The position numbers were made by a program, and so were the translations under genes. The notes under the pieces were generated by a model that saw only the letters and a list, made by a program, of their open reading frames with translations, did no database searches and was not told the DNA's origin. A stretch of 64,000 nucleotides of DNA from a virus. Location of the stretch: positions 64,001 through 128,000 of the IMG/VR virus record IMGVR_UViG_3300027906_000002, one strand, 5' to 3'. Shown here in pieces: positions 1 through 6,198 of the stretch (the first letter of the stretch is position 1; every line of letters starts with the position of its first letter).

Positions 1-68
1 TTCCATTACTTAGTGACCAAGAATTACACGATTTAACTGTTGCTAAGTTTGAAGATATGTCCCACTAA
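1..68 (+). CDS. 3' end of a hypothetical protein (truncated by window edge)
   Basis: Open frame ...PLLSDQELHDLTVAKFEDMSH ends in TAA at 66-68, directly abutting the next ATG at 69. Confidence 0.55.
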   Translation, partial: PLLSDQELHDLTVAKFEDMSH

Positions 69-332
69 ATGTGGATCAAACGCCCGATTTTTTGCCCTCT
101 CGCTATTAACCAAATGACACAACTTGAAAAGGACATTGCATTTTGCATTGATGAATGTGAGATGTCAAATGAACAAATAGGTGACATATTACGTTGTTGT
201 GAGAATTTAGGAGGCATACCTGTGGAATACTTTGCAGAGGAATTTGTCTTCCTAAGTGATAACGACACTAAGGTACATGATGATGATTACTTAAACATTG
301 CTGAGTTTAATTCTATGTACTGGGAGGCATAA
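69..332 (+). CDS. Hypothetical acidic phage protein (start may be ATG at 114)
   Basis: 87-aa ORF in a co-oriented, tightly packed run; no recognisable family. Confidence 0.7.
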   Translation: MWIKRPIFCPLAINQMTQLEKDIAFCIDECEMSNEQIGDILRCCENLGGIPVEYFAEEFVFLSDNDTKVHDDDYLNIAEFNSMYWEA

Positions 333-334
333 AT

Positions 335-652
335 ATGGACGTAATCATCACTCCTGATTATCAACAACGACACCCTAATCCCCCTATGCCAGTATATCGA
401 GATTACGAAATCACTATTAATTTGAATGAATTAGTAGAACATTCTATCCCACTATGTGATGTCAGACATCCTGACCATTGTTTAACATCAGACCAGATAG
501 ATGAACTCGCTCATTGTTTGCGAGGAGAGTTAGATTTCACCCCTATCTTTAATCAAGCATACGCAATTATTAAGGAGTATGTTACTAAGAGTGGCACAGA
601 ATTGCCGAGTGAAAATAACAATCAACTAGACAAACATTTGCACTATAAGTAA
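335..652 (+). CDS. Hypothetical phage protein
   Basis: 105-aa ORF starting 2 nt after the previous stop. Confidence 0.7.
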   Translation: MDVIITPDYQQRHPNPPMPVYRDYEITINLNELVEHSIPLCDVRHPDHCLTSDQIDELAHCLRGELDFTPIFNQAYAIIKEYVTKSGTELPSENNNQLDKHLHYK

Positions 653-673
653 TAACAACAGTATCTTACTATT

Positions 674-907
674 ATGCAACCAATTATCCTAATTCAGTGG
701 AATACATTAACAACTGGTTGGGATAGTTATGTAAATACATTCTCATCTAATGAACAAATGACCTACCTTGACTTGTTAACAACTCTGGAAAACTTGCCAG
801 AGGAAGAGTTACTTAAACCAGTAACATTGTATGACGAAGATGTAAATGACTATTTGAAAGTTAGACGAGTTGAACAGAAAGAATTCGACACATATTTAAT
901 CATCTGA
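674..907 (+). CDS. Hypothetical phage protein
   Basis: 77-aa ORF, co-oriented with neighbours. Confidence 0.6.
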   Translation: MQPIILIQWNTLTTGWDSYVNTFSSNEQMTYLDLLTTLENLPEEELLKPVTLYDEDVNDYLKVRRVEQKEFDTYLII

Positions 908-995
908 TTATGACTTATGATGATATGATTAACATCAACTCACATATAATAATGTTGATGATTATGCTCTCTAGTTAACACTCACTTCTAAACAA

Positions 996-1181
996 ATGCA
1001 GTATAAAGTATATGATTCTAAAGACAAATTACATGGCACGTTTGAATCAGTTTTAGATCTCGAATTGTACATGGATGCTGTTAGAAACTCTAGGGGAGAA
1101 AGGTATAAAGATTTACCTAAACATTCGTGCTTTGATTATATCAAATCTATCGGATGGTTTATGGACATTGTTGACAATTAG
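996..1181 (+). CDS. Small hypothetical cyanophage protein
   Basis: 61-aa ORF (MQYKVYD...FDYIKSIGW) with protein-like composition. Confidence 0.7.
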   Translation: MQYKVYDSKDKLHGTFESVLDLELYMDAVRNSRGERYKDLPKHSCFDYIKSIGWFMDIVDN

Positions 1182-1194
1182 TGGGGTTAATCAT

Positions 1195-1473
1195 ATGCGA
1201 TTCAATGACTTTAAGAAAGGACAAATTGTCCGTTTTAAAGATGAAGTAGGAGAGGTTAATTTCATTGACAAAATGTACATAACTCTTACACTGCATAGGT
1301 GGAAGAAACCCCCAGAATTAGCAGAAGGTAGTTGTTACCCATATGGAGAAGTTAACCTGCTATGTAACAATAAATACTGGGATGATTTGGAGTTGTTAAA
1401 TGATACGGAAGACACACAAGATAGTGCCGCTATGTATAAATCACAAGAGGGAAGATATGGAGACGTACAATGA
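1195..1473 (+). CDS. Hypothetical protein, possible SH3/KOW-like beta-barrel
   Basis: ATG at 1195 avoids overlap with 996..1181 (track start 1075 is too long); FKKGQIVRFKDEVGEVNFID resembles a KOW/SH3-type start. Confidence 0.7.
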   Translation: MRFNDFKKGQIVRFKDEVGEVNFIDKMYITLTLHRWKKPPELAEGSCYPYGEVNLLCNNKYWDDLELLNDTEDTQDSAAMYKSQEGRYGDVQ

Positions 1474-1634
1474 TAGATAACGAGAACAAAGAGTATGACT
1501 TGAATGTTACTCACGGAGAACAGATTAACTATGTGTTTATAACACTTAAGGAGTTAATCGTTATGCAATGGGAACACATCAGAGAACACAGATTATGGAC
1601 ACTATTTAACACCCCTGTGGAAAAGATTGACTAA
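1470..1634 (+). CDS. 54-aa hypothetical protein (not in ORF track)
   Basis: ATGA overlap with the upstream stop; MIDNENKEYD...FNTPVEKID, TAA at 1632-1634. Confidence 0.6.
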   Translation: MIDNENKEYDLNVTHGEQINYVFITLKELIVMQWEHIREHRLWTLFNTPVEKID

Positions 1635-1703
1635 ATTGTGTAAAACAATTAAATGGTTAATTAAACTAGGTTGAGTGTTACTTACCTGTGGAAATGTGGA
1701 AAA
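1616..1703 (-). promoter_or_regulatory. Cluster of DnaA-box-like 9-mers (TTTTCCACA on the minus strand)
   Basis: TGTGGAAAA at 1616-1624 and 1695-1703, plus 1-mismatch TGTGTAAAA 1637-1645 and TGTGGAAAT 1687-1695; all in the same orientation around an AT-rich stretch. Confidence 0.5.
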
Positions 1704-1711
1704 CTAATACA

Positions 1712-1740
1712 CTCTTAGCATACAATCTACCGACTGTCAA
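1712..1740 (-). promoter_or_regulatory. Putative leftward sigma70-type promoter
   Basis: Minus strand TTGACA (1740-1735), 17-nt spacer ending TGC, then TAAGAG; the -35 is perfect but the -10 is imperfect. Confidence 0.4.
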
Positions 1741-1765
1741 GTATAACGAGGATATCACAATATTC

Positions 1766-1794
1766 TTGCTAATTATCACAAATTATGGTATAAT
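1766..1794 (+). promoter_or_regulatory. Sigma70-type early promoter with extended -10
   Basis: TTGCTA (1766-1771), 17-nt spacer ending TGG, TATAAT (1789-1794). Confidence 0.7.
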
Positions 1795-1854
1795 TACCTT
1801 GTGAGAGGTTCAGAAACCCTTGGAGTATTTGCCCCCTATTGTTAACACATAGTA

Positions 1855-1878
1855 TGTGACAGTAGAGAAAGTGGCACA
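1855..1878. promoter_or_regulatory. Imperfect inverted repeat (operator-like) upstream of promoter
   Basis: TGTGACA-N10-TGGCACA; 6 of 7 bp in the arms are complementary; lies 7 nt upstream of the -35 at 1886. Confidence 0.45.
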
Positions 1879-1885
1879 CAGGTTG

Positions 1886-1913
1886 TTGTAAGTTGCCTCT
1901 GAGGGGTTATAAT
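1886..1913 (+). promoter_or_regulatory. Sigma70-type early promoter for the 1945 ORF
   Basis: TTGTAA (1886-1891), 16-nt spacer, TATAAT (1908-1913); AAGGA RBS-like motif before ATG 1945. Confidence 0.65.
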
Positions 1914-1944
1914 TAAAGAGTAACAAACAAAGGATCAATCCTAA

Positions 1945-2175
1945 ATGAAACTTACACCCATTGCTGCTAATCAGAACGAAGTTACTATCAACGACGGAAC
2001 ACAAATCTTCTTCAGTTATAGAACACCAGTTGCAGCATATTTGCCAGAGAAAGGTTATGTTAGAACTGAAAAGTTCTGGTCAGTAACAACATCTAGGCAC
2101 ATCAATAAGTGGTTAGGAGGTGTTAACAATGTCTCTGAAATCAGTCAAGAGATTCTTGACAATCTAGCAGCATAA
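1945..2175 (+). CDS. Small early hypothetical protein
   Basis: 76-aa ORF with own promoter, RBS and terminator; FSYRTPVAA and SVTTSRHINKW motifs. Confidence 0.85.
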   Translation: MKLTPIAANQNEVTINDGTQIFFSYRTPVAAYLPEKGYVRTEKFWSVTTSRHINKWLGGVNNVSEISQEILDNLAA

Positions 2176-2184
2176 TGTTATACT

Positions 2185-2212
2185 GGGAGTAACAACAATT
2201 ACTCCCTTTTTT
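2185..2212 (+). terminator. Rho-independent terminator
   Basis: GGGAGTAA-caacaa-TTACTCCC perfect 8-bp stem followed by TTTTTT, 10 nt after the stop. Confidence 0.9.
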
Positions 2213-2260
2213 ATGCTCTAATGTAACACACAGACAGTTAAATTGATCTACTAAATGTAA

Positions 2261-2360
2261 AGAACTCGCCCCAAAAGGCAGTCGTGATGGGGGTTCTCGG
2301 TCTTCATGGGGGCCGTTAATATAAAAAGGATAGAGACCCTAACCTACAAAGGTTCCCAAG
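2261..2360. ncRNA. Candidate structured non-coding element
   Basis: GC-rich, ORF-free segment with pairings 2261-2273/2288-2297, 2299-2303/2334-2338 and 2341-2345/2350-2354. Confidence 0.3.
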
Positions 2361-2408
2361 AGCAAGTGATATATAAAAATATTTAAAAAAAATTTCCCAG
2401 TAAAAAAC

Positions 2409-2621
2409 ATGACTCCACAGTTTTCACAAGATTTTCAAGATACTCGCACATGGTTGCTTGAGACCCTTATAAGGTATGAGGGATGTCTGGATACACGAAT
2501 GTATGGCTGTGCTGATCTTTGTGTAAATGCAGATTGTATAAATGATGTTAAAGATGTAGTTAAGACTTGGGAAGATTTTAAGAAAAGAACACCATCCACT
2601 TCATCAGTTAACCGTTTATGA
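2409..2621 (+). CDS. Hypothetical protein
   Basis: 70-aa ORF, first of the co-oriented operon; EGCLDTRMYGCAD motif. Confidence 0.7.
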   Translation: MTPQFSQDFQDTRTWLLETLIRYEGCLDTRMYGCADLCVNADCINDVKDVVKTWEDFKKRTPSTSSVNRL

Positions 2622-2630
2622 AAACTGAAT

Positions 2631-2792
2631 ATGTCAAAAAGATTCACACTTACCCTACAAGAGGATGATTTCGGTGATAATTACATATCAATTCCAGAAG
2701 AAGTTGCCGAGGCACTGGACTGGAATATAGATGATGTGCTAGAATATCATTTAGAAGAACCTAAACTAACATTTAAAAAGATTGATGAGTGA
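2631..2792 (+). CDS. AbrB/MazE/SpoVT-like swapped-hairpin DNA-binding protein (53 aa, not in ORF track)
   Basis: MSKRFTLTLQEDDFGDNYISIPEEVAEALDWNIDDVLEY fits the AbrB-like pattern IxIPxxxxxxLxWxxGDxLE; fills the gap between neighbours. Confidence 0.65.
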   Translation: MSKRFTLTLQEDDFGDNYISIPEEVAEALDWNIDDVLEYHLEEPKLTFKKIDE

Positions 2793-3099
2793 CCCTAATC
2801 AGAACATTACTGAAATTGATCCTTGGCAAGATAATGCTGAGGCACATGAAGTACTGAATACGTGCGTACATGAATTAGCAGCGAGACTAGGAGAGGTTAC
2901 AAAGTATGTTAGTGACCTAACTACCCCTGAGAAGATATTATATAAACCAAAAGGAGCAAAGGAGTATCTAAATATTAAGGAGAACTATGATGAGATATAT
3001 CGTAGGTTAACAGAATTAGAAGCAATGGCACATAAAGCACCTACAACTGATCATGGAAAGAGACTTACTGCTTTAGAGGAAAAGGTAAATGGGTTGTAA
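2785..3099 (+). CDS. Hypothetical, probable coiled-coil protein
   Basis: ATG 2785 overlaps the upstream stop; helical heptad-like composition. Confidence 0.75.
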   Translation: MSDPNQNITEIDPWQDNAEAHEVLNTCVHELAARLGEVTKYVSDLTTPEKILYKPKGAKEYLNIKENYDEIYRRLTELEAMAHKAPTTDHGKRLTALEEKVNGL

Positions 3100-5503
3100 A
3101 CCTGTTGGAGAAAGATATACAGATTCCTGTGTGAGGCAACATCCAGGTACTGCTGATGGTGTCAGCATAGAATTTTTAGAATATCCTGGTGCAACTATCA
3201 GACAAGGCAATTTACCTTACAACGTACCTGCGAGAGATGGCACAACTGTTCAGTATCAATCTGATCTAGTATGCTCGTCAGGCAATCCAGCAGATATGTT
3301 AACTGATGGTATGTGTGGTAAGGCAAATCGCTTAAACGTTGAGTACTTACAAGAAGGAGAGAGTAGTGGAGATTGTTTATTTGTATATGACTACTACCCT
3401 ACAGGTCTTTCCTTTGACTTTGGATACTCTGATACATGGTTTTCATACTTATTTGATACTACCGATAAGGCAGGTATATTAGGAACACCTTGCTATCATA
3501 TAGAAACAGAAGAAACTAATATACCTGAGTCATCTCCTGGTGCAGGTGATGGTAGTTATTCTTCATCATCTTCTTGTTTTCCTTGTAGTGCCTTTGACTG
3601 TACCCCCGCTTCGACCACAATATCGTATACTGTCCCAAATGAAGGAAGAGATTCCGACGACCCCGACTGCCCACATTCTACCTTATTTGCAGTAGATACC
3701 CAAAGTCCTAAACTAACGTTCAGTTATGACTCGCTTTCAACCACGTTACCTGATGGATGTCTAGACTTTGAGTTGTCATATGATGGTGTAACCTATACTG
3801 ATAGTTGGAATGAGAATGAAACGACTGGTACTGAATATATTACGGCACAGAACCCCTACCAGGGTGGCGACGAGGCATTCAGTGACTTCAAGATATTTGA
3901 GTTAGATTCTGGTCTTGCACAAGGTCTTAGAATCAAATGTGAGATTAAACCTGTGTTTGACGATACTAACGACCCAACAGTCTTTTCAGGCACATCCTGG
4001 CGTATTACAGAGGTCTTATCACCTGGTACTGGATACTCAGTAGGAACCACATTCTCTTTGAGTTATACTCATACCCTTCCAGACAATAGTACAGTTGTTC
4101 TTACTAATAATATAAAGATCAAAACAATAGGTCCAGTACAAGCAACAGAAGGTCAAGAGGGGTTTGATGTACTAAGAGCAGGTGATACAGTTAATGGTCA
4201 TATAGTAACTCGTGTATTTCACACCGATATAGATAATTTTCCATACCATATAGCATATCTTGATGCTTGTGGTAGTAATTTTGCAAAGGATACACAGTAT
4301 ACATCCGACAGGAACCACGTAATTACAGCAAAAGCAGGTTGGGGTATTCCAGACCGAGCACATCTTGTAGGTTTCTATGAGTTTATGAATAAGTCTATAC
4401 AGTATGTTACTGCTGATGTAGATCAAGAATCACCAAATAGGTTCCATGACCTAAGAGTGCCACAGGTTACTATGTCTATTGTTAATGGTGTAGTTGATAA
4501 TATCAGTATAGTTGATGGTGGAGCTGGTTGGCAAACACTAGATGCTGTGCCAGATGTGTATATTACCGCCCCCCTAACCACCACAGGTAAGAGAGCAACA
4601 GTAAGGGCTACGTTTGTAGGCGGTGCAATGACTGGTATTACAGTAGTTGATGGAGGATCTGGGTATTCTTCTACAAAACCTCCGAACTTACAGATAAGAA
4701 ATGTACATAAGGTAGTGGATCGTACTATAGATAACGGTACATATAGAGCAACATATGCAGATGATATAAGAACATTGTTACTTTCCTTACCAGAAGGCGA
4801 CTCTGAATCTAGTGCTGCTACATTAAGAGCACTAGAAAACCTACCTCAGAACTTTTTTGATCAATATAAGGTAGCAGATTTCAGTGTTAAAGGTGATCCT
4901 AATACGCAACGTGTAAGACAAAAGGCTCAAAGGATGTATAGTGACACTGCTACAAACCCATTAAAGGAATCTAATAGAATTGATGACTTAGATATGAGTG
5001 TAGTAGAGAATAGTACTGTAATAGATACGGAATTAAAGGATATTCTTAAGCAATATCTCCGTGATGAGAGTCATAGAAGTAGAATGCAACACATAGAGGA
5101 TATAACACAAAAGGTTATTCCTGAATATAGTAACCATGATGAGCGTTATGTTACTACTATACAGGGTAGAATTAGTGAATTACCTCAAGCATCAGAGTAT
5201 ACTAAGTACATGATGAAGCAATATAGACCCGATCCCCAAGATAGTATAGATATTAATATAACATTATCATGTAGTACCGTGGAAAGTGGGTGTGGACATA
5301 TCACATGTCCTGCACCTCCATCCTCATCTCCTGGTCCATATCAGTCATTTTCTATGTCTGGAATACTTGGAGATGGATGCAAACCGTGGACTGCGTCGGG
5401 AACGATGAAAGTGTGGAATGATTTGACCAGAGCTAATGCAGCATGGTCAGCTGCAATAGCAGCATACGGAAACCCTTACGATACAGGAATGTATTTACCC
5501 TAA
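3089..5503 (+). CDS. Probable virion structural protein, Cys-rich termini
   Basis: 804 aa; contains IVDGGAGW/VVDGGSGY repeats like those in the downstream baseplate proteins; overlaps both neighbours. Confidence 0.75.
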   Translation: MGCKPVGERYTDSCVRQHPGTADGVSIEFLEYPGATIRQGNLPYNVPARDGTTVQYQSDLVCSSGNPADMLTDGMCGKANRLNVEYLQEGESSGDCLFVYDYYPTGLSFDFGYSDTWFSYLFDTTDKAGILGTPCYHIETEETNIPESSPGAGDGSYSSSSSCFPCSAFDCTPASTTISYTVPNEGRDSDDPDCPHSTLFAVDTQSPKLTFSYDSLSTTLPDGCLDFELSYDGVTYTDSWNENETTGTEYITAQNPYQGGDEAFSDFKIFELDSGLAQGLRIKCEIKPVFDDTNDPTVFSGTSWRITEVLSPGTGYSVGTTFSLSYTHTLPDNSTVVLTNNIKIKTIGPVQATEGQEGFDVLRAGDTVNGHIVTRVFHTDIDNFPYHIAYLDACGSNFAKDTQYTSDRNHVITAKAGWGIPDRAHLVGFYEFMNKSIQYVTADVDQESPNRFHDLRVPQVTMSIVNGVVDNISIVDGGAGWQTLDAVPDVYITAPLTTTGKRATVRATFVGGAMTGITVVDGGSGYSSTKPPNLQIRNVHKVVDRTIDNGTYRATYADDIRTLLLSLPEGDSESSAATLRALENLPQNFFDQYKVADFSVKGDPNTQRVRQKAQRMYSDTATNPLKESNRIDDLDMSVVENSTVIDTELKDILKQYLRDESHRSRMQHIEDITQKVIPEYSNHDERYVTTIQGRISELPQASEYTKYMMKQYRPDPQDSIDINITLSCSTVESGCGHITCPAPPSSSPGPYQSFSMSGILGDGCKPWTASGTMKVWNDLTRANAAWSAAIAAYGNPYDTGMYLP

Positions 5504-6042
5504 TGGCAATAGGAGCAGCGTTATTTAAAGGCAATTGTAGCGGTCATGGCACTGGTAGTGGATCTATGCACCATCCAGGACTAGGTGGAGGAACACTTGG
5601 TGGATGCCCTCACTCACCAACAGCAGGGCAAATTATCGCAAAACCCGTAGCACAGATGGATGCTGTTACAACTTGGAAGCCTACTGAGCAAAAACCCAAG
5701 ACAAAATTGGAAAGAAGTGTTATAATAAACAATAAGATCCCTATTATAGATAGAGATGAGCTTGTTCTACACCCTACTAAGACAAAACACAAAACCACTT
5801 CCGTTGGTTCAAGGTGTTATACCGTCAGATCAAGTCCTGCGTGGCATTGCACGGAGGGTATATCAGGTGGTAGAGAGTCTTCAGATGGACATCAGCGTAG
5901 ATGTTACTCCAGTACCAAAACAGTTTGGATTACAGGAGAACTTGCTGGTAGAATAGGTGATGATCTAGGTGAGGACACAACTGAGTGGCCTTGTCTATCA
6001 ACTATCTCAGGTGGGAGTAAAGACGTTTTTATTGGAGACTAA
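5503..6042 (+). CDS. gp5.4: PAAR-family baseplate spike tip protein (gp5.4-like), extended
   Basis: N-terminal CSGHG and C-terminal LAGRIGDDL...CLSTISGGSKDVFIG PAAR signatures; ATG 5503 overlaps upstream TAA (179 aa). Confidence 0.8.
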   Translation: MAIGAALFKGNCSGHGTGSGSMHHPGLGGGTLGGCPHSPTAGQIIAKPVAQMDAVTTWKPTEQKPKTKLERSVIINNKIPIIDRDELVLHPTKTKHKTTSVGSRCYTVRSSPAWHCTEGISGGRESSDGHQRRCYSSTKTVWITGELAGRIGDDLGEDTTEWPCLSTISGGSKDVFIGD

Positions 6043-6045
6043 ATT

Positions 6046-6198
6046 ATGCCAAAGTTTAAAAATGGTGGTTCATGGGGAAGTACTGACTACATTCTCCCAG
6101 TACCAAAGAAGACCCGTCAAGGACGGAGTACTTTTACTAAATTAAGTGCTACTTCACGCAACAAAAAGAAGAAAGCGTACAGGGGCCAAGGTAACTGA
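6046..6198 (+). CDS. 50-aa highly basic peptide (not in ORF track)
   Basis: MPKFKNGG...PKKTRQGRSTFTKLSATSRNKKKKAYRGQGN; TGA overlaps the next ATG (TGATG). Confidence 0.75.
   Translation: MPKFKNGGSWGSTDYILPVPKKTRQGRSTFTKLSATSRNKKKKAYRGQGN

Noticed and set aside
329-335. ATAAATA late-promoter match in the early region
   Set aside because: Formed by a TAA stop plus the next start in an AT-rich context, with no late gene downstream; likely chance.
910-978. 22-codon ORF MTYDDMININSHIIMLMIMLSS filling the 908-995 gap
   Set aside because: Too short, no RBS or motif; may be a decayed gene but cannot be supported.
1075-1194. Extended 5' end of the ORF-track call 1075..1473
   Set aside because: Overlaps 996..1181 by over 100 nt; ATG 1195 gives a clean non-overlapping start.
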